A stretch of 64,000 nt of DNA from Elusimicrobiota bacterium (GTDB taxonomy: Bacteria; Elusimicrobiota; Elusimicrobia; F11), in assembly GCA_046153645.1 (NCBI GenBank), contig JBJXGI010000053.1:27022-91021 (forward strand), given 5' to 3'. Below the pieces are notes generated by a model. That model made no database searches. It saw nothing but the letters and a program-made list of their open reading frames with translations, and was not told the DNA's origin. Positions 1 through 9,695 of this stretch are shown here, piece after piece; position 1 is the stretch's first letter; every line of letters begins with the position of its first letter. The translations under genes and the position numbers were made by a program.

Positions 1-641
1 GTTTTTTCTCTATGAAGAGAATGTACATCATCTAAAAATTCCTGAAGAAGCGCCTCACCAGAAGAGACAGCTGATAAATAGTGTTTTAAATTTTCTTGGT
101 ATAAATTTTCTTCATCCACACCAAAAACAGAGACAAACGACTCTTCCGTTAACCCAATAAAACTGATTCCAGCTATTTTCTTTGTTTTCAAAAAAGCTTC
201 AGCAACCTTTCTTCTTAATTCGAGCGAGAATTTCCTAAAAGAACCAAATTGAAAATAACCTTGAGCGCCCTCGACATAAACACCACCAATTTTCTTTTCG
301 TCATTCCATTGTTTGATAAGAGTTACAATTTTTTTTTGGGTTTCAGTATGCAAATGGATATCCTGAATCAAGACAATTGTATGGGGCTTTTCTTTTAAAC
401 TTAAAGCGGGAAAAAATTGCACAGAAAAATCCTCTCGAGGGACTGTTAAATCAGCTGAATGTGACTGAGAAAAAAATGATCCAAGCACAACATCACTACC
501 ACCTTTTCTCAACCCTAATTTATGATCATTATTCTTAAAAGAATTTAGCGCTGGTTGGCTGGCAAATAGTACCTGAGTACAAAAATAAATACTCAATACC
601 GAAAAAATCAATGTTTTTCGATATATTATTGGCTTAAACAA
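1..641 (-). CDS. 5' part of a third member of the large secreted modular protein family (runs off window start)
   Basis: Not in ORF track. My translation from TTG at 641: MFKPIIYRKTLIFSVLSIYFCTQVLFA (signal-like)...TIVLIQDIHLHTETQKKI...VYVEGAQG...FGVDEENLYQENLKHY, open to base 3. Aligns with IHIQDVHRNAEAQKNI..LEGA..GVDDSAHYKAN of the 2171-aa protein. Confidence 0.85.
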   Translation of the reverse strand, partial: MFKPIIYRKTLIFSVLSIYFCTQVLFASQPALNSFKNNDHKLGLRKGGSDVVLGSFFSQSHSADLTVPREDFSVQFFPALSLKEKPHTIVLIQDIHLHTETQKKIVTLIKQWNDEKKIGGVYVEGAQGYFQFGSFRKFSLELRRKVAEAFLKTKKIAGISFIGLTEESFVSVFGVDEENLYQENLKHYLSAVSSGEALLQEFLDDVHSLHREK

Positions 642-966
642 ATAAGAAAGAAAGGAAGAAATAAACACAACTCAATATAACTTTGCCGGATTGAAATACC
701 ATTAAGATTTTGTAAATTTTCTGTAACATTTTAAAGAACCAGTCGCTTGTTCTGTACGAAAAAATGAGACAGCTGAAGGGATAAAGCAGGACATTAACTA
801 AATTCAGAAAGAAATAACCCACCAGAGAAAATGGGTCTATTTTTCAAGGAGAATCCTTAAAAGCAGGGTCTATTCTGAACCTAAAAAAAACAGCAAGGTT
901 ACCCAATTATTACAACATTCTGATGTTAAACAATTGGATGTATGGGTAAATTATTTATAACAAGTT

Positions 967-2388
967 TCACTTTTCTACACGAATAATACTACCGAATTGG
1001 GGGGTCAATGGGCCTTCTTTGGTTTTCATTTTGATCCAGTAATCACCGGGGGTAACCTTAGCTCCCGCTGAAATGGTGGTTTTGGCTTGCGTGGGTGAAA
1101 TATATTCGAATTTGCCAATAATAATCTGAGAATCATCAACCTCACATTGAATAGATTCGATAAACTCTTTTGATAAATCCTTGCCGTAAAGGGTTAATAG
1201 GGCCTGCCCCTCCGGCTTTAAACTGGGAGAAATGTCCAGATTCCGAACCCAATTGGGGTTTACAACAACAAAAGCGTCTCCTAAGCTACTCAATGTTTCA
1301 CTCGCTAAAACAACGGACAAAGAATAAGACCGGGCTGGAGCGTCTTTAGGAATAGAAAATTTAAAATCGATTCTGCCAGGTGATCGATATGTAAAAGACG
1401 AAGATTGCATTGTTATTCCATCCATCAGAACTTTCAATTGATTCATTGAATCTGGCTGAAAACCACTTCCCTGGAGCATGAAAAGACCATATTCTCCTGG
1501 CCGATAAAATCTTTCGAGAGATTGAATTCTTTGAACCAACCCTGATTGCCCCAAGTTGGGCTTGACCACTCGAATAATGCCAGGGCGATCCCATAAAGTT
1601 TTTGCGCCCATTTTAACTTTAATCCCATAATCCCCACCGGGAGCCCCTCCAATATCAATATCCCCATCAACCACAAAAGGGTAAATCGGGACTAAACTAT
1701 TAACACGAATGGAAGGAGTGGAAGGTTCAACGGTAAAATCGTTGAACATTTTTTCATCTAGATTGGTAAAAATGCGAAAGCGCCCAGAACGACCCGCCTC
1801 ACTCATCTCAGTAAAAATGAGGTTTAAAACTTCTCCAGGTCGAATCACCGCATAAGGATCGGGAGCCTGAAAAACAACTTTGTCATTAATTAAAACCTGA
1901 GGAAAATTGACCGTCGTGGCCGCATGGGGGCTAACATGGAGAACTCCACTAATTTGATTGGGCGTCTTCAAAGCCAAACTTTTAACCTGTATCTCATTAT
2001 TGCCCGACTTTACTTGAATCATCTTTTCAAACTCTTTTGTAAAACCAGAACCGTTGATATCAAATGGAATTTGGCTATCAGGGCCACTCAATGACTGCGC
2101 GTAATAAATTCTGATAATTTCAATATCTTTCGGAATAAGTTCTTTGTGAATTTTTACTGGCGGGGGAGTCTGAACCTGAGATGAAGCCACCGGGTCTTTT
2201 GTTTTTATTTTTTTCACAATTTCTGATGATTTTTGCTGATTAAATTCAGGAAGAGTCTCAACAGGAAGAGGGATTGTTTTACTGACTTCTTCTTTAAGAA
2301 TTTCAGGTTTTCCACATGATCGCAATAGTAACCAGATAACAATCCCAACAACAATGACTCCTGCAACAGTGAAAACTTTTTTATCCAA
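967..2388 (-). CDS. Membrane-anchored hypothetical protein with probable repeated IPT/Ig-like beta domains
   Basis: N-terminal TM helix, Pro/Lys linker, recurring I/LxGSGF / LYGKDL motifs followed by beta-rich segments and G[DS]Y-type motifs. Confidence 0.6.
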   Translation of the reverse strand: MDKKVFTVAGVIVVGIVIWLLLRSCGKPEILKEEVSKTIPLPVETLPEFNQQKSSEIVKKIKTKDPVASSQVQTPPPVKIHKELIPKDIEIIRIYYAQSLSGPDSQIPFDINGSGFTKEFEKMIQVKSGNNEIQVKSLALKTPNQISGVLHVSPHAATTVNFPQVLINDKVVFQAPDPYAVIRPGEVLNLIFTEMSEAGRSGRFRIFTNLDEKMFNDFTVEPSTPSIRVNSLVPIYPFVVDGDIDIGGAPGGDYGIKVKMGAKTLWDRPGIIRVVKPNLGQSGLVQRIQSLERFYRPGEYGLFMLQGSGFQPDSMNQLKVLMDGITMQSSSFTYRSPGRIDFKFSIPKDAPARSYSLSVVLASETLSSLGDAFVVVNPNWVRNLDISPSLKPEGQALLTLYGKDLSKEFIESIQCEVDDSQIIIGKFEYISPTQAKTTISAGAKVTPGDYWIKMKTKEGPLTPQFGSIIRVEK

Positions 2389-2389
2389 A

Positions 2390-2803
2390 CTATTCTCCTA
2401 TTATTTTAATAATGACTCTTTTTTTTCGCTGCCCATCAAATTCAACATAAAAAACTTGCTCCCAAGGACCCAAGTCTAATTCACCTTTTGTAATAGGTAT
2501 CATCGCTTGATGATGAATAATTGTTCGTTTCAAGTGCGCATCCCCATTATCTTCTCCCGTTTGGTGGTGCCTATAGTCTAAACCATAAGGAGCCAGCTTC
2601 TCAACCCAATCAAACAAATCTTTTTTCAGCCCCTCTTCTTCATCATTCACCCAAATTCCAGCAGTAATATGCATCGCTGAAACAAGACAAAAACCTTCTT
2701 TAACCTTTGATTTAGCAACACAAGTTGAAATGTCCGGAGTCATATTTAAGATTCCATATCTCGCTGGAGTGTTAAACCATAAATATTCAGTAAAAGACTT
2801 CAT
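2390..2803 (-). CDS. yjbQ: YjbQ/UPF0047 family protein
   Basis: H(I)TAG, DNGDAHLK and LGPWEQVFYVEFDG motifs. Confidence 0.9.
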   Translation of the reverse strand: MKSFTEYLWFNTPARYGILNMTPDISTCVAKSKVKEGFCLVSAMHITAGIWVNDEEEGLKKDLFDWVEKLAPYGLDYRHHQTGEDNGDAHLKRTIIHHQAMIPITKGELDLGPWEQVFYVEFDGQRKKRVIIKIIGE

Positions 2804-3864
2804 AAAATTTCTTTATTTAACAATTCGATCTTTAGCTGTGCCTCTTGATGAGGAGCTACCACCTCAACTCGAGCTCGATAAAATTTCCCTAACACTTCTT
2901 GAACTCCATTCAGTTTAACAAAGCTTGATATTTCATTGGTTAACATCATTTTTTCTTTATCAAGTTCATCCAATCGATCTAGTAATTTGCCTAACCGATC
3001 AACAGACTCTTTAATACCCGCATCGCTTACGGCGCCAACTGGCTTTTTCTTACCAGAAAAAGCCGGGCAAATTTGAACATAATCACACCACTGACAATGC
3101 CCCAAAGAATCAGGTTTCGGATCAAACTTAGCTTCTGTTATTCCCTTGGCAACCTCAACAACCGTTGTTTTAATTTGTGCCTCTTGCGCCTTAGAATGGG
3201 CGGGAACAATCAATGGCGTCAATGAATTAAGATGGTACAACCCCACCGATTCAACCTCGCGCCCTAAAACTTGAGTCACCGCCATCTGATATAGCGTTAA
3301 TTGCGGATCAATTCTAACACGCGACTTATCAAAAGCTTTTCCTGTTTTGTAATCTAAAATAGATAATTTTTTATTGGGCAATTCATCGATCCGATCAATA
3401 AAACCGGTGACAGGGACACCTTCAATATCAACCGTAAAATTAAGTTCCACTTGTAAAACTTTCTTGAGATCATCTTTGTGTTTGATATAAAAACCACGAA
3501 GGATACGTTCTCCCTCCTGGAAAAACCACCGTTCTTGCGAAGCGGTTTCATATCCTTCTCGAATCCAGGTATTTTTATAATATTCTAAAACCGCTTCAAT
3601 GGGAGGAATCAATGCGGACGTCTTTTCAAATAAAAACTCGAGCCCCCCATGAACGCTTTTGCCAAAAGAAAAAAATGACTTAGGTTTTTCTGGTGTTTTA
3701 TCAATATAGCGAAATTTCCATCGCTGAGGACACGTCTTATACATACTCATGGAGGAATGAGACAAAGCGCGCCCTTTATACCAACTTTCTATTTTAGGAG
3801 CTACCGGAGCCGGAGATACTTTTTTCTCTTCAGCACCGAACCCGTCAAAACTTAACTGACTCAC
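2800..3864 (-). CDS. PD-(D/E)XK nuclease, RecB/AddB-like, with Fe-S staple cysteines
   Basis: LSHSS..Y.TCP, GFIDRID, ILDYKTG, QLTLY, CQWCDYVQIC. Confidence 0.85.
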   Translation of the reverse strand: MSQLSFDGFGAEEKKVSPAPVAPKIESWYKGRALSHSSMSMYKTCPQRWKFRYIDKTPEKPKSFFSFGKSVHGGLEFLFEKTSALIPPIEAVLEYYKNTWIREGYETASQERWFFQEGERILRGFYIKHKDDLKKVLQVELNFTVDIEGVPVTGFIDRIDELPNKKLSILDYKTGKAFDKSRVRIDPQLTLYQMAVTQVLGREVESVGLYHLNSLTPLIVPAHSKAQEAQIKTTVVEVAKGITEAKFDPKPDSLGHCQWCDYVQICPAFSGKKKPVGAVSDAGIKESVDRLGKLLDRLDELDKEKMMLTNEISSFVKLNGVQEVLGKFYRARVEVVAPHQEAQLKIELLNKEIL

Positions 3865-4736
3865 TTGGTTTCCTCAAACTGAAATGATGGAAGTGGTGCT
3901 GGTTGAAACATAATGAGTTCCATGACAGATTTTTCACTCCCACCTGAACTGGCCACAGCTGTTAATACGCGTCCCACGCCTGGGGCATAAGATTCCAAAG
4001 TAAAACCTGATATTCCTTCGATACTAGATTTAACCTGAATACATTTTTCAAAAATTCCCGCCGCCACCGAGACTTTTTGATTTGTATTCATTATTTCATA
4101 AGAAAATAAACGCTTTCCTTGTTTGGTTTTCCATTTTGTTCCCACCTCAAGCGGCCACATGAGGATTGTTTTTCCCGCAACATCCTCATCCGATTGAAAT
4201 TCCAGCAGTTCTGAATCGGTTTTTTGGTATTTAAACGATAATGTTTTAAATTTAGAAGTTCCCCCATAATAAGTTTTATCTATCATGGCCAGAGTGAGAA
4301 AAGAATCAGGAGTCGTGGAAATAGGTTTTATCACCAAATCAACCCGGGCATTTTTCCCCGCCGTTTCAGAATCACCCTCGGACCAGGACGCGCCAGGCAC
4401 CAATGGAAAGTAATCGGGACAATTATTTCTCTGAAGATGAGCCAAACGAGCCCAAGGAACGGAGTCAGGATATTTTTGTAAAACCGCCTCATAAAAAGGT
4501 TTTGCAACGTCACAATCCACGAGCTCTTTTTGACCAATCCAACCGGCATGAAACAGGGCTTCTGGTGCTTTTTTATGATTGGGATATTTTCCTGAAAATT
4601 CCTGGTACGCTTGCCAGGCTTTATAATATTTCCCTTTTGTCTCAAGTTTTTGAGCCCGCTTAAAATCATAAGAAGGCCCACATCCAAAAGAAAAAACCAT
4701 CAAGAAAAGAAGTGATTTATTGTTTATTTTTTCCAT
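3861..4736 (-). CDS. TPR-containing lipoprotein
   Basis: Lipobox-like FSFGC, two TPR-like helical repeats (YQEF..KYP, YEAVLQKYPDS), beta-rich C-terminal domain ending YAPGVG. Confidence 0.65.
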   Translation of the reverse strand: MEKINNKSLLFLMVFSFGCGPSYDFKRAQKLETKGKYYKAWQAYQEFSGKYPNHKKAPEALFHAGWIGQKELVDCDVAKPFYEAVLQKYPDSVPWARLAHLQRNNCPDYFPLVPGASWSEGDSETAGKNARVDLVIKPISTTPDSFLTLAMIDKTYYGGTSKFKTLSFKYQKTDSELLEFQSDEDVAGKTILMWPLEVGTKWKTKQGKRLFSYEIMNTNQKVSVAAGIFEKCIQVKSSIEGISGFTLESYAPGVGRVLTAVASSGGSEKSVMELIMFQPAPLPSFQFEETK

Positions 4737-5149
4737 CGTCTTTGATTATGATAAATCCAAATAAAGATAAGCATAAGAATTATTCCCACGGAATCAAAAA
4801 GAACATCAGACAATGATGGCCCACGCCCGGGGACAAAAGCTTGATGCCATTCATCAGCAAAAGCATATAACAAAGAGGAGAGGAAACTATAGAAATAAAT
4901 CCTTTTAGATTGTATAGGAAACACAGTTATTTTTAAGGCTCGATAAATGAATCCTGTTAAAACAAAAAACTCAAAAACATGAGCCCCTTTTCTTAAGTAA
5001 AAATCCCAATTTCCTAATCCGCTATTAAGACTCGGGATGCTTGAAAACCAAAAAATAAGACCGGCCCAACAAAAAACGGGCAACCAAGCTAGAATCAATA
5101 TCACGATTTTGGAACTCCTACAACTTCGAACAAATGAAATCTTTCCCAA
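4724..5149 (-). CDS. VanZ family membrane protein
   Basis: RKGAHVFEF, YAFADEWHQAFVPGR..S..DVLFD. True start may be a few codons downstream. Confidence 0.85.
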   Translation of the reverse strand: MGKISFVRSCRSSKIVILILAWLPVFCWAGLIFWFSSIPSLNSGLGNWDFYLRKGAHVFEFFVLTGFIYRALKITVFPIQSKRIYFYSFLSSLLYAFADEWHQAFVPGRGPSLSDVLFDSVGIILMLIFIWIYHNQRRWKK

Positions 5150-6735
5150 GGACTATTCGAAAACGTAAAAGGAAGCGCGCCCCACACAGAGGCATAAAAT
5201 CCAGCCGATCCTTTCATATCCATTACTTTAATTGGAAAACGCGTATCATAACTGAAGACTTTCAATCGTTTAAGCGTTAATCCCTTTTTAAAAAAAGAAA
5301 TGAAAGGCATCGTTATTTCTTTTACCAAAACCTGATCCCCCACTTGAAATGATGTGTTTTCGAAACAAGGAGACCATCCTTCTTTTTTTAAATAACTAAC
5401 AGTAAAAGAATCCCCCGTATAAAATGAGCGCGGGCCTGGAACGATCCCCTCAGTTTTTAAATCATGAATCAAACTCCTAGACGTATTGGCTTGCTTATAA
5501 TCAGCATAGGCTAAACTGCCAGTCACCACAAAAGATATGATGACCAAAACAAGAAAACATCTTCTACGCGCGTATAAATCAAAATTGATTTCAATCATCC
5601 GAACCACTAAAAAAACCACTGCCGGAACAACCAACACATAATATCTTCCAGCGACCCATCCCATCACAACAAGCATCATAAGAATAAAAAGGACCAACCA
5701 AACAATTAAAAATAAATCCTTCGGAAAAATAAAATTCTTTCGTTCCATCCACAACCTTATCGAGAAAAGAAGACTGGACACCGCCCATATTGAAAGCAGA
5801 AAAGATTGAACATAATTAAACCCACCCAAAGAGCTAGAGGAAAAAACCGCACACAAAAAAACAATCAAAGACCACATTAATATTTTTTTACCAGAGAAAA
5901 ACCGCCATACGACAAGCGGCACCAAAGTAACACCAGAAAGAAATACAAAAAAAACAAGAATTTTAACCCATCCATAGACTTGCACCATTCGTCCAGATGC
6001 CGCGAATATATGAGGAGCTCCGTATAATTTATAAGTCCAATAATTGTAAGCCGTTAAAATACCCAGACCCAATATCCATGAGACAAAAAGAATCGATGGT
6101 CTTCGAATATTTTTATATTTAAATAAAAACCAAACAAAAGTGAGCGGAAAGATAAGAGTCGCCGGATATTTAGAAAGTGTTGCCAACCCCATAAAAAATC
6201 CGCTGACCAAAGAGAGCCACAAAGAATCTTTTTCAATACTGAGGATAAAAAAACTTAATGCTCCTAAAAAAAAGAAGCCGGCTGTTGAATCAATTAACAA
6301 ACTATAAGAAGAAAGCCAAAAGGCTGGAGTTAACAAACAAAGAACCGTAGCCCATACTGGAAACGAAGTGAGCCTACGCGCCAACATGAGAATAAACAAC
6401 GCGGAAAAACAGTTCAAAAAAACACATCCCAATCGTAAAAACCATTCTTTTTCACCTCCCAATTTGAGCAGAAAAGCAAGGTAGTAATGATGTGCCAAGG
6501 GATTGACCATTCGAACAAAACCATTTTCTTCCCACCCTCTTGTTTGTGGGCCAGCATCATCAGCTGTAAAGTGATAGGGAAGAGAGGGGTGATCTTTTAA
6601 CCAGGTAGCAATTTCGACAAAATAACTATCATCGACAAAATATGCTCTATTTAAAAAAGGAGCCGCCAAAAAAAAAGGCAGTAGAAAAATAAAAAAATAT
6701 ACAAATTGTTTTTTTCTAGGTTCTGAAATGGACAT
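5101..6735 (-). CDS. ArnT/PMT-like (GT-C fold) integral membrane glycosyltransferase
   Basis: About 12 TM segments, DD motif after TM1, LATLSKYP, RYY motifs. Confidence 0.75.
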   Translation of the reverse strand: MSISEPRKKQFVYFFIFLLPFFLAAPFLNRAYFVDDSYFVEIATWLKDHPSLPYHFTADDAGPQTRGWEENGFVRMVNPLAHHYYLAFLLKLGGEKEWFLRLGCVFLNCFSALFILMLARRLTSFPVWATVLCLLTPAFWLSSYSLLIDSTAGFFFLGALSFFILSIEKDSLWLSLVSGFFMGLATLSKYPATLIFPLTFVWFLFKYKNIRRPSILFVSWILGLGILTAYNYWTYKLYGAPHIFAASGRMVQVYGWVKILVFFVFLSGVTLVPLVVWRFFSGKKILMWSLIVFLCAVFSSSSLGGFNYVQSFLLSIWAVSSLLFSIRLWMERKNFIFPKDLFLIVWLVLFILMMLVVMGWVAGRYYVLVVPAVVFLVVRMIEINFDLYARRRCFLVLVIISFVVTGSLAYADYKQANTSRSLIHDLKTEGIVPGPRSFYTGDSFTVSYLKKEGWSPCFENTSFQVGDQVLVKEITMPFISFFKKGLTLKRLKVFSYDTRFPIKVMDMKGSAGFYASVWGALPFTFSNSPWERFHLFEVVGVPKS

Positions 6736-7519
6736 GAAATTTATGACCCGCTTTTAATTGAAAAAAATTTGCCGCATGCCCATTCCTCAAGGCGATCTCA
6801 AGAAATCCACTTGAACCAACAACGATTAAAGGTTTGCCTTCTTCAACACTGGAATAAGTTTGAGAAACTCCACGAATGGTATTTTTATCAGCTATTTCAA
6901 ACCATATTTTTGAGTTCTCAGAAAAATCTTTTAACTCAGAAGCTTTTAAATTTGTAACCAAATTACCGAAATGATCAACCAATAAAACTTCTGCAACCCA
7001 TCGGGACCCTGCTTTTAAAACAGGCGGAAAAGGAATCGTCTCCCATTGTGATATAGAACGTCCCAACGTATTGATAGCCTCACCTTTTAAGAGTTTTGCC
7101 ACAAAAGGAGCCATAATATCTCGTCCATGGAAAGTGGCGCTGATCGGATAAGAAGAAATCATATCTGGTATTAATTCCATGACAAATGTAGGGCGATCAT
7201 TTTTAAACACCCAACTTAAAAGACCATTGTCTGGCCCTACAAAAACCCTGTTGGCCGCCTCCGCGCAAATTATTTTTCGATTGGATCCAACCCCAGGGTC
7301 AACAACGGCTAAGAAAATAGATTTTTCAGGAAAAAAACCATACGTCTCCATTAATTGAAAAGCCCCAAAACGAACGTCCTGAGGAGGAACATCATGTGAG
7401 ATATCAACAATCTGGACATCAGGATCAGCGGAGAGAAGAATTCCTTTCATCGTTCCAATAAAATGATCCGCTAATCCAAAATCACTTAACAAACAAACAA
7501 TTGGAGTGGAAGACCCCAC
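6716..7519 (-). CDS. SAM hydroxide adenosyltransferase (DUF62 family)
   Basis: LSDFG, VVDPGVGS.R, GPDNGLL, TFHGRDI, DHFGN motifs. Confidence 0.9.
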   Translation of the reverse strand: MGSSTPIVCLLSDFGLADHFIGTMKGILLSADPDVQIVDISHDVPPQDVRFGAFQLMETYGFFPEKSIFLAVVDPGVGSNRKIICAEAANRVFVGPDNGLLSWVFKNDRPTFVMELIPDMISSYPISATFHGRDIMAPFVAKLLKGEAINTLGRSISQWETIPFPPVLKAGSRWVAEVLLVDHFGNLVTNLKASELKDFSENSKIWFEIADKNTIRGVSQTYSSVEEGKPLIVVGSSGFLEIALRNGHAANFFQLKAGHKFHVHFRT

Positions 7520-7520
7520 C

Positions 7521-8216
7521 TTATCTCATCCCCCAAATCTTATGCTGCTGCGTCATGACAAAGACTTTTTCTAAATATTGTTTTGAAATAGAAAACGCAC
7601 GCGCAATAAATTCAGCTGTTGCAGGTTCAATATCTGGAAATTGGGCGGTGGCTGGCTGTAAAATAAGAAGTGGAGAAACAGGCGTTTTTTTAATGATATT
7701 CACGGCCTGTTCTACTTCTTGCAAAAGTGATTTTTTCTCTAAAACCACCTTTACAAAAGCTTTTTCACCGGCCACTTTTAAAAATTTCTCATGCTGCTCC
7801 CAGTGATCCTCATGGGTCGCACTGGGTAATTTCATATCCATAGAAATAACATTCACATAGGAGTAAATAGCTTCAAGCGCATCGACATGGATTCCCGCCG
7901 TTTCTAAATAAATCTTAAATCCCTGCTCTTTCAATAAAGGCAGCAATTCTTTAAGGAAAACAATATGCGTCAACGGCTCGCCTCCGGTCATGCTCACCGT
8001 TTTTATCCCTGTTTTAACGGAGACTCTCTTAATCTCAAGAAAAACTTCTTCAACAGACATTCGCGAATGTCCAGAGACGGTTAAACTTTCGGGAGTATCA
8101 CAATAATTGCATCTTAAAGGACAACCAGCCAACCGGGTAAAAATTTGGCGCTCTCCCGTAAATGGACCCTCTCCTTGAATCGAAGCATATATTTCACTGA
8201 CAAAAGTTGTCGTCAT
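7521..8216 (-). CDS. queE: 7-carboxy-7-deazaguanine synthase (radical SAM)
   Basis: EIYASIQGEG, CPLRCNYCDT, TGGEP, QQHK; adjacent to queC. Confidence 0.92.
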   Translation of the reverse strand: MTTTFVSEIYASIQGEGPFTGERQIFTRLAGCPLRCNYCDTPESLTVSGHSRMSVEEVFLEIKRVSVKTGIKTVSMTGGEPLTHIVFLKELLPLLKEQGFKIYLETAGIHVDALEAIYSYVNVISMDMKLPSATHEDHWEQHEKFLKVAGEKAFVKVVLEKKSLLQEVEQAVNIIKKTPVSPLLILQPATAQFPDIEPATAEFIARAFSISKQYLEKVFVMTQQHKIWGMR

Positions 8217-8884
8217 AAAAGACCCGCTTCCTGCAATCCTTTATTTCTAAACAAACAAGAATCACAAAGACCACAAGGTTTTTTGTCACCTTTATAACAA
8301 GACCAAGTTTTTTCAATTGGCATTTTCAACTTAACACCCAGACGAATAATATCCGCCTTTGATAATTTAAGCAGTGGCGCTACAATTTTAATTTTGATCT
8401 TTTTCTCTGTCCCTAAACGAGAACCCAAATTTGCTACCGATTCAAAAGATTGAATATATTTGGGTCGACAATCAGGGTATCCCGAATAATCCACAGCATT
8501 AGCACCAATAACGATTTTAGATGCATTGATTTGATCCGCCCAAGAAAGAGCAAAACTCAAAAAAATCGTATTTCTAGCAGGGACATAAGTCGACGGCAAA
8601 TGTGTCGTTGTTATTTTTTTAAGCGTCTGATGATGAGGAAGCTTTTCTTGAGCATTTGTCAAAGAAGACCCACTCCAAGGAAGAGCAAAACGAACAACAT
8701 GCAACGGAACATTGGTAAGCCGAGCTAATTTTTTGGCACTTTTTAATTCTTTGTTATGTCTTTGACCATAGTCGAAACTGAGCGCGTGACAATCCCATCC
8801 CCGTTTTTTAGCCCACCACAAACAAACAGCACTATCAAGACCACCCGACAACAAAACAACAGCTTTGTTTTTTCTAATACTCAT
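8213..8884 (-). CDS. queC: 7-cyano-7-deazaguanine synthase
   Basis: SGGLDS, YGQRH, TYVPARN, YPDCRP, TWSCY..PCGLCDSC. Confidence 0.96.
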   Translation of the reverse strand: MSIRKNKAVVLLSGGLDSAVCLWWAKKRGWDCHALSFDYGQRHNKELKSAKKLARLTNVPLHVVRFALPWSGSSLTNAQEKLPHHQTLKKITTTHLPSTYVPARNTIFLSFALSWADQINASKIVIGANAVDYSGYPDCRPKYIQSFESVANLGSRLGTEKKIKIKIVAPLLKLSKADIIRLGVKLKMPIEKTWSCYKGDKKPCGLCDSCLFRNKGLQEAGLL

Positions 8885-8888
8885 AAAA

Positions 8889-9695
8889 TTAAAGATTTTC
8901 GAGAGAAAACCGGCGTGTGGAAATCGTATCGGTATTTAAAAATTGTTTGGCTAATTTTGAGAACCCCTTTGGATTATCGCTAACAAAATACTCGATTTTT
9001 CCTTTTTTAGAATTGGAATTTAAAATACGCATTTTTTCTAACTTCCGACGAACTTCTTTGGCTGTTTCTTCGGCAGAATCAATTAACTTTATGCGGGGGC
9101 CTGATATTTTTTGCAACATCGGTTTCAACAATGGATAATGCGTACAGCCTAAAACCAGCGTATCAATTTTATGTTTTAATATTTCTTTAAGATAAGTTTT
9201 TCCAATATTTTCTGTTATTGAATCGGTGAGCCACCCTTCTTCAACGAGAGGAACAAACAAAGGACAAGCCTGTTCCCATACATGCGCTTTCGGTGAATAG
9301 TGTCGAATATTTTTTAGATAGGCATGACTACCAACTGTAGCGGAAGTTCCAATAACACCGATTTTCAAATGTGCGCTTGCTAAAGCGGCAGCCCGAGCCC
9401 CGGGCTCGATAACCCCTAAAACGGGGATGGGAAGGTTTTTTAATGATTTAAGCGCCAAAGAACTCGCCGTATTACACGCGACAACAATTAACTTAACTCG
9501 CTTTTGCATAAGAAAAAACGCAATTTGCAAAGCGTAACGACGAATGGTTTCCGGCGATTTGTTTCCATAAGGCACTCGAGCCGTATCACCGACATAAATC
9601 ATATCTTCAGAAGGCAAAAGTTTGGCAATTTCTTTTATTACTGTTAAACCACCCAATCCAGAATCAAATACGCCAATAGGCAACTGGGAACTCAT
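8889..9695 (-). CDS. murI: Glutamate racemase
   Basis: FDSGLGGL, PYG, ACNTAS, LGCTHYP. Confidence 0.96.
   Translation of the reverse strand: MSSQLPIGVFDSGLGGLTVIKEIAKLLPSEDMIYVGDTARVPYGNKSPETIRRYALQIAFFLMQKRVKLIVVACNTASSLALKSLKNLPIPVLGVIEPGARAAALASAHLKIGVIGTSATVGSHAYLKNIRHYSPKAHVWEQACPLFVPLVEEGWLTDSITENIGKTYLKEILKHKIDTLVLGCTHYPLLKPMLQKISGPRIKLIDSAEETAKEVRRKLEKMRILNSNSKKGKIEYFVSDNPKGFSKLAKQFLNTDTISTRRFSLENL

Noticed and set aside
634..822. 62-aa ORF in the track
   Set aside because: Low-complexity Phe/Leu-rich, no RBS, overlaps the start and promoter region of the real ORF at 641.
899..949. Imperfect nested hairpin in the intergenic region as a possible ncRNA
   Set aside because: Short AT-rich stems with no recognisable RNA family motif.
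2800..3864. Cas4 / CRISPR association
   Set aside because: No cas genes or repeat-spacer array nearby; context is housekeeping, so a RecB-like nuclease is the simpler call.
6716..7519. Fluorinase/chlorinase
   Set aside because: Has DUF62 hydrolase-type motifs (DPGVG..R, FHGRD) and no secondary-metabolite context.
7521..8884. 7-deazaguanine DNA modification (dpd) system
   Set aside because: No dpdA/tgt paralog or dpd genes; consistent with ordinary queuosine synthesis.
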